A program made the translations under genes and the position numbers. Below, one piece after another: positions 1 through 8,685 of a stretch of 64,000 bases of DNA. A model generated the notes under the pieces. The model was not told the DNA's origin. It saw only the letters and a program-made list of their open reading frames with translations, and did no database searches. Numbering within the stretch: the first letter of the stretch is position 1; each line of letters starts with the position of its first letter. The stretch is from Candidatus Shapirobacteria bacterium (GTDB lineage: Bacteria > Patescibacteriota > Microgenomatia > UBA12405), in contig JBAZTV010000001.1 of assembly GCA_041661765.1 (NCBI GenBank), positions 71,755-135,754 of the forward strand, given 5' to 3'.

Positions 1-834
1 TGTCGCCGGACTATAACCAATCGCTACAAACAACCCATCCAATGGCAATATTCTTTCTTCATTGGCCTTATTATTCAAAACACTAACCGACTCTAATTTT
101 TCCTGGTTTTGCCCTTCTTTTTCAAGGGAGGGTGCCCACGCCACTGCGGGGATGGGCGGGTTTATATCCTTTACTTCTGAATTCCATAAAATCTCTATTT
201 TTTCATTTTCCAATACCTTTTTTTGTTCCGCCGCACTAGCTCTAAATTCTTCTTTTCTAACAATCATAAAAACTTTTTTAGTAAATTTCGCCAAAAATAC
301 AGCATCTTCACAAGCTGTATCTCCACCTCCCACCACTGCCACTGTTTTATCTCTAAAAAACATTCCATCACAAGTAGCACAACTACTTATTCCATATCCA
401 ATTAATTCTTTCTCTTTTGGCAGACCTAACCATTTTACTCCCGCTCCGGTAGCCACAATCACAGTTTTGCTTTGTAAAACCTCTCCACTTTCCAACTCTA
501 AAAAAAAGTCGCCCCTATCAAGGGGAGATGTCGATTCATCGACAGAGGGGTTTGTTCTTTGAATTTGACGAACAATTCCAGATTTAATCTCTACCCCCAA
601 TTTTTTTACCTGAGTTTGAGTATCCATCATCAATTTAAAACCACCAACTCCATCTGGAAATCCCGGATAATTTTCTACCATTGGAGTGATTGTCAATTGA
701 CCCCCCGGTTGATTTCCAGCAATCACAATCGTTTTAATATCCGCTCTCGCATGATAAATTGCTGCTGTTAACCCGGCTGGTCCTGAACCGATAACTACAC
801 AATCATATTTTATATTTTCATTCATACCCATCAT
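1..834 (-). CDS. trxB: Thioredoxin-disulfide reductase (partial; C-terminus runs off the window start)
   Basis: Manual minus-strand translation gives MMGMNENIKYDCVVIGSGPAGLTAAIYHARADIK..., the CATCDG redox-active site and a second GGGDTACEDA NAD(P)-binding motif. No stop codon before position 1. Two repeat-element copies lie in-frame inside it. Confidence 0.85.
   Translation of the reverse strand, partial: MMGMNENIKYDCVVIGSGPAGLTAAIYHARADIKTIVIAGNQPGGQLTITPMVENYPGFPDGVGGFKLMMDTQTQVKKLGVEIKSGIVRQIQRTNPSVDESTSPLDRGDFFLELESGEVLQSKTVIVATGAGVKWLGLPKEKELIGYGISSCATCDGMFFRDKTVAVVGGGDTACEDAVFLAKFTKKVFMIVRKEEFRASAAEQKKVLENEKIEILWNSEVKDINPPIPAVAWAPSLEKEGQNQEKLESVSVLNNKANEERILPLDGLFVAIGYSPAT
111..163 (+). 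repeat. Double-hairpin element copy 1 (degenerate), in-frame inside trxB
   Basis: gcccttctttttcaagggaggg...gggcgggttt. Encodes NPPIPAVAWAPSLEKEG in TrxB. Confidence 0.6.
511..553 (+). repeat. Double-hairpin element copy 2, in-frame inside trxB
   Basis: gcccctatcaaggggag + atgtcgattcatcgacag + aggggttt. Encodes NPSVDESTSPLDRG. Confidence 0.75.
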
Positions 835-883
835 TCTATCAAAAGAGCTTTACTTTTTTAATTTTTTAATTAATACTTAAATA

Positions 884-1804
884 ATGTCCAAGAAAACTCA
901 CCAAGTTGTAAAATTAATTTTTGATCTCATTCAAAATAAACACAATTTTATTTTTTGGGTAGGAATTCGTTTTCTTTCTACTTTCTTACCCTTAGTCACT
1001 ATTTATTTGTTTTCAAAAACCATTAATTTGGTTGAAATTAAATCAGATTTTTCCGCCATCTTTTTTTCCATTCTAATTATTTTTACTGTCAGAATTTTTG
1101 ATAACTTTGTTCGCATTAAATCTGTAACCAAATTAGATGAGTGTATTAGTGATATTAATTTTGATATTCATAACTATTTTATTAAAGATATTAAAAACGA
1201 AACCAAATTAGAAAGACATGAAAGCATTCAAACCATTCGTAATTTTGCCGATGCTACTGCTTGGACTTTAAGGCTTTTTCGCCAACCAGGAATTGATAGT
1301 TTTGTTTCCCTATTTACCATTCCTTTTATTATCCTTTTTGTAGATTTTAAAGTTTTTATTTTAGAAATTGTCTATATTACCGTCTATTATTTCATCGACC
1401 ACTACACCACTCAACGCTACATTAATTTTAAAGATATCCAAAATACTAAAATTGAAAGTTATTATGCCAAACTTCATGAAACTAACGATGTTGATCTTGA
1501 ACAAAAAACTTTTAGTCGTAATTTTGCTCGCCTTTGTAATTGGTGTTTCACTGAATGGTTCACTCTCCAAAACACCGCCGTTTTCTTTTACACTCTAATC
1601 TTTGCTTATTTAATAATTTCTGTTTCCAGTGGTACAAAATTAATTTCAGATTTAGTTTTAATTATGAGCTATATCGCCTCAACTCAAGTTTATTTAAATT
1701 CCTTTTCTGAAATTAAAGATAGTCTCGCTGATATGTCTGTTTCGGTTGACCACATTGCTAAAAATAAATCCATCACCGCCATCGACTTCGACGATTTAGT
1801 ATAA
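884..1804 (+). CDS. Hypothetical polytopic membrane protein (possibly ABC-exporter transmembrane-domain-like)
   Basis: 306-aa ORF with about 6 hydrophobic segments. No recognisable catalytic motif. Confidence 0.4.
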   Translation: MSKKTHQVVKLIFDLIQNKHNFIFWVGIRFLSTFLPLVTIYLFSKTINLVEIKSDFSAIFFSILIIFTVRIFDNFVRIKSVTKLDECISDINFDIHNYFIKDIKNETKLERHESIQTIRNFADATAWTLRLFRQPGIDSFVSLFTIPFIILFVDFKVFILEIVYITVYYFIDHYTTQRYINFKDIQNTKIESYYAKLHETNDVDLEQKTFSRNFARLCNWCFTEWFTLQNTAVFFYTLIFAYLIISVSSGTKLISDLVLIMSYIASTQVYLNSFSEIKDSLADMSVSVDHIAKNKSITAIDFDDLV

Positions 1805-1810
1805 TAAATT

Positions 1811-2686
1811 ATGCCAGAACTTCCCGAAGTTGAAGTTGTCCGTCTTTTTCTCAACCAACATCTAATTAATAAAACCATTTCTAATTTAGAAATTCTTACT
1901 CCAAAATCTTTTATTGGCGATCCCAAATTAGTTCAAGGCCAAAAAATAATTAAAACTTCTCGCATTGGCAAACAACTTTCTCTTCACTTAGAAAATAATT
2001 TAATTCTTCTTTTTCATCTCAAAATGACCGGCCAATTGATTTTTTATCCTCCCTTGTCAAGGGGAGGTCCCGAAAGGGGAGGGGTTTCGCTTGGTCATCC
2101 CACTCCCAAAGAAGATAAATCAATCTTACCCAACAAATCAACTCGTCTCGTTTTCACTTTTTCTAATGGTTCGAAATTATTTTTTAACGATCAGCGCAAA
2201 TTTGGCTGGGTCAAGCTTTTTAATCAGGATGAACTTGCCGAAGCCCAAAAAAATCTCGGTCTCGACATTTTAAGCCCAAACTTCACTCCTGAATATTTTT
2301 ACCAGCAAATCCAAAATACTTCCCGTCCAATCAAAATAGTTTTACTCGACCAAACCAAATTTGCTGGCATTGGTAATATTTATGCCAACGATTCTCTTTT
2401 TTTGACTAAAATTAATCCACAAACACCCTCAAATAAAATTAACTTTAAAAAAGCTTCACTTCTACACCATTTTCTAATTCAAATTATGACTGAGTCAATT
2501 AAAGCTGGTGGCTCCACTGCCAAAGATAATAAATACATCCACCCCGACGGTTCCAGTGGTCAGCACCAATTTAATTTTCAAGTTTACCAACGAGCCGGCG
2601 AACCTTGTTTAGTTTGTCAAACCCCAATTAAGCGAATCACTCTCGGTGGTCGTGGTACCTTCTATTGCCCCAATTGTCAGAGATAA
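1811..2686 (+). CDS. mutM: Formamidopyrimidine-DNA glycosylase (Fpg/MutM)
   Basis: N-terminal MPELPEVE with catalytic Pro2/Glu3, and a C-terminal zinc finger CLVCQTPI...YCPNCQ. Carries an in-frame repeat-element insertion (PPLSRGGPERGGVS) in a loop. Confidence 0.9.
   Translation: MPELPEVEVVRLFLNQHLINKTISNLEILTPKSFIGDPKLVQGQKIIKTSRIGKQLSLHLENNLILLFHLKMTGQLIFYPPLSRGGPERGGVSLGHPTPKEDKSILPNKSTRLVFTFSNGSKLFFNDQRKFGWVKLFNQDELAEAQKNLGLDILSPNFTPEYFYQQIQNTSRPIKIVLLDQTKFAGIGNIYANDSLFLTKINPQTPSNKINFKKASLLHHFLIQIMTESIKAGGSTAKDNKYIHPDGSSGQHQFNFQVYQRAGEPCLVCQTPIKRITLGGRGTFYCPNCQR
2048..2088 (+). repeat. Double-hairpin element copy 3, in-frame inside mutM
   Basis: cctcccttgtcaaggggagg + tcccgaaagggga + ggggtttc. 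Confidence 0.8.
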
Positions 2687-2926
2687 TTTCATTTTTATTT
2701 TTATTAAAAAAAACGATCCATTTTTAACAGATTACAAATCCTATAATATTGACAAATAAACATTTTTTGTTAAAATCTCCCCATTAATTCAATTTCTCTA
2801 ATTAATACAAGCATTAATTAACAAGATTTGTTTAATAGTGTACTTTAAAATTTGTGTGACCTTCTATAAAAATCCAAGAGTTTTTAACTCTTTTATATAA
2901 AAAAACAATTCAATATTAAGAAAGGT

Positions 2927-3664
2927 GTGATTTTGTTGAACGGCAAAAAACCTATATACAAACCTTCTTTTTTTAAGCGATGGGAAAAAACTTGTTTTCA
3001 ATCATCTGAGATTATTATTCCGATTGTGTTAAAAATTCTCGGAAATATATCTTCGGTGGTAGACATGGGGTGTGGAACAGGGCCTTGGCTTTCAGTCTTT
3101 AATAGTTACGGAATAACTGATTTCACAGGTATTGACGGTGACTATGTTAATGAAGATGCGTTAGTTATTACTAAAGAACATTTCAAAGCATATGATCTTA
3201 ATAAACCTCTTGATCTTAGAAGAACTTTTGACTTAGTAGTTTCTTTGGAAGTTGCAGAACATCTCTATCCGCAAAACAGTGAGACTTTTGTAAAAACTTT
3301 AATAAAACATGGGTCAATTATTCTCTTTTCTGCTGCTATACCTTTTCAAGGTGGAACCCATCATTTTAATGAACAATATCAGGATTATTGGTCTGAGATT
3401 TTTAAAAAAAACGGTTACTTTGCAATTGATTGCATTAGACCAAAAATTTGGGACAATAAATCTGTTTACTGGTGGTACAGACAAAATATTATCCTATATA
3501 TTAAAAAGGAAACTATCGAAAATAACGATACATTAAAAGAACTTTACAAGGAGACAAATTCCTTATTAAATCGTGTTCATCCACAAAATTATTTAACTAG
3601 GATTTGTCAAACAATCAAATTTTCACCAGTTCTGGAGTTTGTAAAATTTTTTATCAGCAGATAG
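2927..3664 (+). CDS. Class I SAM-dependent methyltransferase
   Basis: Motif I VVDMGCGTGPW. GTG start preceded by an AAAGG ribosome-binding site. 245 aa. Confidence 0.65.
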   Translation: MILLNGKKPIYKPSFFKRWEKTCFQSSEIIIPIVLKILGNISSVVDMGCGTGPWLSVFNSYGITDFTGIDGDYVNEDALVITKEHFKAYDLNKPLDLRRTFDLVVSLEVAEHLYPQNSETFVKTLIKHGSIILFSAAIPFQGGTHHFNEQYQDYWSEIFKKNGYFAIDCIRPKIWDNKSVYWWYRQNIILYIKKETIENNDTLKELYKETNSLLNRVHPQNYLTRICQTIKFSPVLEFVKFFISR

Positions 3665-3689
3665 AAATAGAAGATCAACAAATTAAACT

Positions 3690-3730
3690 AAGCCGTAGGG
3701 TTAACTTTTAACACCTTACGGCTTTTTCTT
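3690..3730 (+). terminator. Rho-independent terminator downstream of the methyltransferase gene
   Basis: Stem AGCCGTAGGG ... CCTTACGGCT with a 14-nt loop, followed by TTTTTCTT. Confidence 0.6.
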
Positions 3731-3751
3731 GTTATTTTTTTATTTTAATTC

Positions 3752-3780
3752 TTGACAACCTTTCTATATCGGACTAAAAT
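3752..3780 (+). promoter_or_regulatory. Sigma70-like promoter for the iscRS-iscU operon
   Basis: TTGACA (3752-3757), a 17-nt spacer, then TAAAAT (3775-3780). Sits 9 nt upstream of the ATG at 3789. Confidence 0.5.
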
Positions 3781-3788
3781 AGTCCAGT

Positions 3789-5318
3789 ATGAATTTATCA
3801 ACTAAATCTCGCTATGGACTTCGCGCTCTGACCAATCTTCTTGATCAAGACTGTTGTTGTTCCATCAAACAGATTTCCAAAAAAGAACATATTTCTTCCG
3901 ATTATTTAGAAAAAATTTTTGCCAAATTAAAAAAAGCCGGTCTCTTGAAAGTTGAAAGGGGAGCTTGTGGTGGCTACTCTCTCAGTCGTGACCCCAAAAA
4001 AATTACCCTAGGCGAAGTCATTAATGCTCTCGAAAAACCAGAATTCATTTGTCCTGATTTTTGTGATTGTCAAAGCAAATCAGTTTGGCAAAAAATTCAA
4101 TCTGGATTCAGTCATGTTTTAAATTCTATTACTCTCGATCAATTAGCTGTTTCCAAAAATAAATCAGTTTATCTTGACTATGCCGCTTCCACTCCTGTCG
4201 ACCCCGAAGTTTTAAATACCATGCTTCCTTATTTTGATTTTTCTTTTTGTGGCAACACCATGTCTCTCCATCAAATGGGAAGTGTCGCTTCCCAAGTTGT
4301 CGAATCTTGTCGTCAATCCTTTGCTAATATTTTAAAAGTTCAGTCATCTGAAATTATTTTTACTGGCTCGGCCACCGAAAGTAATAATACTGTTTTAAAA
4401 GGGATTGCTTTTGCCAACAAAAATAAAGGTAAACACATTATTATTTCTTCAATTGAACATGATTGTGTCTTAAACAGTGCTAAATGGTTAGAAACTCAAG
4501 GTTTTGAAATCAGTCAAATTTCTGTCGATAAATTTGGTCTCTTAAATTTAGATGAGCTTAAAAAAACCATTCGCCCCGACACCATTTTGGTCTCTATTAT
4601 TCATGGCAATAATGAAATAGGCACAATTCAAGATCTCGCCAGCATCGGCCAAATTTGTCATGATCGCGGAGTTTATTTTCACACCGACGCTTCTCAAAGT
4701 TTTACTAAAACCGACATTGATTTATCTAAGTTAAACGTCGATCTCTTAACCGCTTCTTCTCATAAAATTTACGGTCCAAAAGGCGCAGCTCTTCTTTATA
4801 TTAAAACTGGTACCAAAATTACCCCGCTTCTTCATGGTGGCGGTCATGAATTTGGTCTCCGTTCCTCGACTGTTAATCTACCTGCCGTTGTTGGTTTTAC
4901 TAAAGCCGCCGAAATTGCCATTAAAAATTTTGATCAAGAAAATAAAAAGTTATGTGAACTTCGCGATTATTTAATTAAAAATATTTTAAAATCAATTTCC
5001 GATTCTCATCTCAATGGTCACCCCACTAAACGTCTTTCCAATAATATTAATATTTCTTTTACTCGAGTCGAAGGAGAGTCCCTTCTTTTAGAATTAGATT
5101 TTTATGGCATCGCTGTCTCTACTGGTTCCGCTTGCTCTTCGGCCTCTCTGGAACTCAGCCACGTTCTTTTGGCTATTGGTCTTAAACCTGAACAATCACA
5201 TGGTTCCCTACGTTTTAGTCTTGGTCGTTTTACCACTAAATCCGAAGTGGATTACCTGTTAAAAGTTTTACCTCAAGTTGTTAATAAATTTAGGCAAATT
5301 TCGCCATTTAAATCATAA
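3789..5318 (+). CDS. iscS: Fusion protein: N-terminal Rrf2/IscR-type transcriptional regulator domain plus cysteine desulfurase (IscS/NifS)
   Basis: Residues 1-130 carry the Rrf2 signature (TKSRYGLRAL...GGYSL) and three clustered Cys (CPDFCDC). The remainder carries the PLP-lysine motif SSHKIYGPKGAALLY and the C-terminal GSACSS...LRFSLGRFTT typical of IscS. One continuous 509-aa ORF. Confidence 0.8.
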   Translation: MNLSTKSRYGLRALTNLLDQDCCCSIKQISKKEHISSDYLEKIFAKLKKAGLLKVERGACGGYSLSRDPKKITLGEVINALEKPEFICPDFCDCQSKSVWQKIQSGFSHVLNSITLDQLAVSKNKSVYLDYAASTPVDPEVLNTMLPYFDFSFCGNTMSLHQMGSVASQVVESCRQSFANILKVQSSEIIFTGSATESNNTVLKGIAFANKNKGKHIIISSIEHDCVLNSAKWLETQGFEISQISVDKFGLLNLDELKKTIRPDTILVSIIHGNNEIGTIQDLASIGQICHDRGVYFHTDASQSFTKTDIDLSKLNVDLLTASSHKIYGPKGAALLYIKTGTKITPLLHGGGHEFGLRSSTVNLPAVVGFTKAAEIAIKNFDQENKKLCELRDYLIKNILKSISDSHLNGHPTKRLSNNINISFTRVEGESLLLELDFYGIAVSTGSACSSASLELSHVLLAIGLKPEQSHGSLRFSLGRFTTKSEVDYLLKVLPQVVNKFRQISPFKS

Positions 5319-5320
5319 TT

Positions 5321-5773
5321 ATGTATACCCAAAAAGTTCTCGAACACTTCAGAAATCCTCACAATTTTGGTTCCATGGAAAACCCCACCGCTGTCGGTCA
5401 AGTTGGAAATCTTGCCTGTGGTGATGTCATGAAACTTTATTTAAAAATCGATAAAAACAAAAAAGGGGAAGATTACATTCAAGACATTAAATTTGAAACT
5501 CTTGGTTGTGCTGCTGCCATTGCCACCAGCAGTATTGTCACCGATTTAGCCAAAAATAAAACTTTAACCGAAGCCTTAAAGATAAAAAACGAAGATATTA
5601 TTAAAGCTCTCGACGATTTACCTGCCGTCAAAATTCATTGTTCTTTATTAGCCGCTGATGCTTTAGACGAAGCAATTTATGAGTTTTATCAAAAAACCAA
5701 TCAACCCATCTCTCCTGAGTTAGAAAAGCTTCATCACCGCATCACCGTTTGTCAAACTCGTTTAAACCATTAA
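5321..5773 (+). CDS. iscU: Fe-S cluster assembly scaffold IscU/NifU-like
   Basis: GNLACGDVMKLYL, FETLGCAAAIATSS and HCS motifs, giving the three conserved Cys of the scaffold. Immediately follows iscS. Confidence 0.85.
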   Translation: MYTQKVLEHFRNPHNFGSMENPTAVGQVGNLACGDVMKLYLKIDKNKKGEDYIQDIKFETLGCAAAIATSSIVTDLAKNKTLTEALKIKNEDIIKALDDLPAVKIHCSLLAADALDEAIYEFYQKTNQPISPELEKLHHRITVCQTRLNH

Positions 5774-5791
5774 ATATTGATAAAATAAATT

Positions 5792-6250
5792 ATGTTTTTA
5801 GTCAAAACCGTTTATGCTCAATGTCCTGTCTGCATCGTCACTGTTGGTGGGGGAATGTTTTTAGCCCAAAAACTAGGCGTCGATGATTTTTTGGTTTCTC
5901 TTTGGATTTCTGGACTCAATACTGCCATTTCTTTTTGGTTGGCCCCCAAAATTAAAAATCGAATTTTAGGTAGCCCAATTATTTTTTCTTTATTAATGTT
6001 TGGTTTTACTCTTTTTTATTTTATTTCTACTGGTCAAACAGGTTATTCTACTAATAAGATTCTTGGTTTAGATAAAATTATTTTTGGCCAAAGCTTAGGT
6101 CTTTTAATTATGTTTTTGGGTATTTTTATTGATCGTCATTCCCGTAAATTAAATGGTGGTAAAATTCTTTTTCCTTACCAAAAAGTCGTCTTTCCTGTCG
6201 GCACTTTAATCATTTTTACTTTACTTTTTAAATTATTATTTAAATTATAA
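5792..6250 (+). CDS. Hypothetical small membrane protein
   Basis: 152 aa with 3-4 hydrophobic helices. Co-directional with the isc genes. Confidence 0.4.
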   Translation: MFLVKTVYAQCPVCIVTVGGGMFLAQKLGVDDFLVSLWISGLNTAISFWLAPKIKNRILGSPIIFSLLMFGFTLFYFISTGQTGYSTNKILGLDKIIFGQSLGLLIMFLGIFIDRHSRKLNGGKILFPYQKVVFPVGTLIIFTLLFKLLFKL

Positions 6251-6255
6251 ATTAA

Positions 6256-6305
6256 ACTCTCTTTTTTTTAAAGGGAGATACCCCGCTTCGCGGGACGGAG
6301 GGTTT
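6256..6305 (+). repeat. Double-hairpin element copy 4, intergenic; its 3' GGAGGGTTTT abuts the ATG at 6307
   Basis: ...aagggagat + accccgcttcgcggga + cggagggtttt ATG. Confidence 0.6.
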
Positions 6306-6306
6306 T

Positions 6307-6852
6307 ATGAACAACAAAGAAATCGAAAAATTCATTAATAAAACTAAAGAATTAGAAAAAGGTCATCAATTAGATCTTTCTTCTGGAGAAGATTTATCAA
6401 TTGCCATCATGAATCTTATCGGTATTGAAGAACACATGTTTTTTACTTCCCAAAAATTGGACGACATTAAATATCTCAATATTCTAAATTCAGCCAGGGA
6501 AATGAGAAAAGAATTAATGAAAAAAATCGTCAAAGAAGGTCATGGTGAAGTTTGGTGTACTAGTAAACATCTTTTATCTGCCTCCATGCGTCTCATGGAA
6601 GTTGGCACAAAAAGTTTAACCAAAGGTGACCAAAAAGAAGCCAATGATTATTTCAAAAAATCTTTTGATTTATATAATCTTTTTTGGGGTTTAAATTTAG
6701 GTTTAATAGATTCCTCTATGGAAACACACCATGGCGCGTCTCTACTTCCTAAAAAAAACATACCTGTCAAAGAAAAACCCATTCCTCAAAAAAGCCTAAT
6801 GGGAACTATTAGCCAAACTATCGGTAAGATTCTTGATTGTTGTCGTGAATAA
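6307..6852 (+). CDS. Hypothetical protein
   Basis: 181-aa ORF. The upstream repeat element supplies GGAGGG 6 nt before the ATG. Confidence 0.4.
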   Translation: MNNKEIEKFINKTKELEKGHQLDLSSGEDLSIAIMNLIGIEEHMFFTSQKLDDIKYLNILNSAREMRKELMKKIVKEGHGEVWCTSKHLLSASMRLMEVGTKSLTKGDQKEANDYFKKSFDLYNLFWGLNLGLIDSSMETHHGASLLPKKNIPVKEKPIPQKSLMGTISQTIGKILDCCRE

Positions 6853-7251
6853 CTAATCTCTAAAGATCAATAATATTCCCACAAAAACAAAAGTAATTGG
6901 CCAAAACATATCCCAGTCAATCATTTTTGGAAATATTTGATTCCATAAAGCTGTTAATCCTACTAAGATTAATACTACGCCTAGAATATTAATTCTCTTT
7001 CCTTTTATTTTTTTATCCTGCCTTGCAGAAATTTCTTTTGTCATTGATTTCTCTTTTTCCTTTTCAGTTTCTTTTGGAATCACTAACCATAAAATTAAAT
7101 AAATCAAAAGTCCACTTCCACCACCAATTGCCAATAAAATAAAAATAATTCTAACCAATGATCCGTCAATTTGAAAATACTCAGCCAATCCACCGCAAAC
7201 ACCAGCAATTATATTATTATCGACTGATCTAAATAATTTTTTTGTCTCCAT
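6853..7251 (-). CDS. PspC-domain membrane protein
   Basis: N-terminal IIAGVCGGLAEYFQIDGSLVRIIFILLAI matches the PspC domain. A TM helix and a second TM follow. Confidence 0.7.
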   Translation of the reverse strand: METKKLFRSVDNNIIAGVCGGLAEYFQIDGSLVRIIFILLAIGGGSGLLIYLILWLVIPKETEKEKEKSMTKEISARQDKKIKGKRINILGVVLILVGLTALWNQIFPKMIDWDMFWPITFVFVGILLIFRD

Positions 7252-7253
7252 TA

Positions 7254-7907
7254 TTAGATTCTAGCAATTTCTCTAATCTTTTCAATATTCTTAATCACCA
7301 TCGTTCTTTTTTTATTATAAAGATATCCTTGTTTTTGAAATTTCAAAATTTGTAAAGTTACAGTTTCTCGAGTCAATCCAGCCATACTAGCCAAAACCCG
7401 GTGTGGAGTATTGAATTTAATTACAATTTCATTACCTTTTTTTTCACCCACATCTTTAGCAATCAAGCAGATCAATCCCGCCACTTTACTTTCTGCATCT
7501 CCTGCCACAATTTGTCGCCAACTAATAGATAAATCAAGTAGTTCATCTATTAATTTTTTATTAACCTCACGTAATATGTTTTCGTCTTTCTCAATAAATT
7601 TTACAAACTCATTCATTGGCACTGCCCAAAGTTCCACCGCTGTTATTGCCTCGACAAAATATCTATTTGGTTTTTTATGAAGCCCATTTATTCCAGCACA
7701 AAAAAACAATGGTCTTAAATTCGGAAGACTTGTTTCCTTCTCACCATTAACCACATAAGCTCTTAAAAACCCGCTTTTTTCTATATAAGCCGTATTTAAA
7801 TTCTCTCCCGATCTAAACAAAACTTGTCCCTTTTTATATTTAATTACATCAAACTGGCTAAAAAATGACTCTAACTGTTTCCTAATTTTATCGTTCATAA
7901 AGTACAA
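7254..7907 (-). CDS. Crp/Fnr-family transcriptional regulator
   Basis: cNMP-binding beta-roll region plus a C-terminal HTH (RETVTLQILKFQKQGYL). 217 aa. Confidence 0.7.
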   Translation of the reverse strand: MYFMNDKIRKQLESFFSQFDVIKYKKGQVLFRSGENLNTAYIEKSGFLRAYVVNGEKETSLPNLRPLFFCAGINGLHKKPNRYFVEAITAVELWAVPMNEFVKFIEKDENILREVNKKLIDELLDLSISWRQIVAGDAESKVAGLICLIAKDVGEKKGNEIVIKFNTPHRVLASMAGLTRETVTLQILKFQKQGYLYNKKRTMVIKNIEKIREIARI

Positions 7908-8037
7908 AACTATTAATTATTAAAAAATTATTAAATTTTTATTAAAAGATAATAAAATTTATTATATCACTAAGTTTTTCTAATATTTCTTACTAATTTT
8001 TAATAATTTTTTAATAATTAAGTTATAATATGAGCCT

Positions 8038-8652
8038 GTGGTTAAAAAAATGGAATTTCTTAATCCAAATTTGGATTTAAATATACCTCTAAAGTCAGAT
8101 AGTGTTACCCCAATTCTTGAGGCTGCTAATCAATTAAAGGAAAAAATAGATCAAGCCGAAAAAAGAGCTAAGAAAGCAGAAGAAGAAAATGTTGTAGATT
8201 CTTTAACTGGTTGTTATAATCGAAATTTTTTTGAAAAATTTAAACAAGAAAACTTTGATCCCAATCGTGATAATAATAAAATTGGTTTAGTTTTTGTTGA
8301 TGTTAATAATTTAAAAACTGTTAACGATAATCAAGGCCATGAAGCTGGTGATAATTTAATTAAAAATACTGCTAATTTTTTGAAATCAAATTCCAGAAAA
8401 GAGGATTTAGTTGTTCGTATTGGCGGCGATGAATTTATAATTATTTGTCGTAACCATGATAACACTCCTAATTTTGAAGAAAAAATCCTCAATAGAATAA
8501 AAGAGAGATTAATTGACAATCCAAACAAAGATCTTGCTTTTGGTGTTGCTGTTTACAATAAAGAACAAGATTTTTCTAACCTAGATAAAACTAAAGATCG
8601 TGCCGACACTCACATGTATCAAAACAAAAGAGATATGAAGGCTGAAATGTAA
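8038..8652 (+). CDS. GGDEF-domain diguanylate cyclase
   Basis: LTGCYNRNFF, FVDVNNLKTVNDNQGHEAGD and RIGGDEF motifs. Stand-alone, without a sensor domain. Confidence 0.85.
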   Translation: MVKKMEFLNPNLDLNIPLKSDSVTPILEAANQLKEKIDQAEKRAKKAEEENVVDSLTGCYNRNFFEKFKQENFDPNRDNNKIGLVFVDVNNLKTVNDNQGHEAGDNLIKNTANFLKSNSRKEDLVVRIGGDEFIIICRNHDNTPNFEEKILNRIKERLIDNPNKDLAFGVAVYNKEQDFSNLDKTKDRADTHMYQNKRDMKAEM

Positions 8653-8685
8653 CTTTTCACTAACACTTGAGTTTATAATACTATT

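Noticed and set aside
62-771. Plus-strand ORFs 62-562, 223-405 and 559-771 from the six-frame track
   Set aside because: They are antisense to a clearly recognisable minus-strand trxB (CATCDG active site, GSGPAG FAD motif). Their low-complexity, S/T/F-rich translations are typical of antisense artefacts.
2751-2780. Second TTGACA-N16-TAAAAT promoter-like match about 170 nt upstream of the methyltransferase gene
   Set aside because: AT-rich spacers in this genome give many chance -10/-35 matches. The distance to the start codon is large. Not called as a feature.
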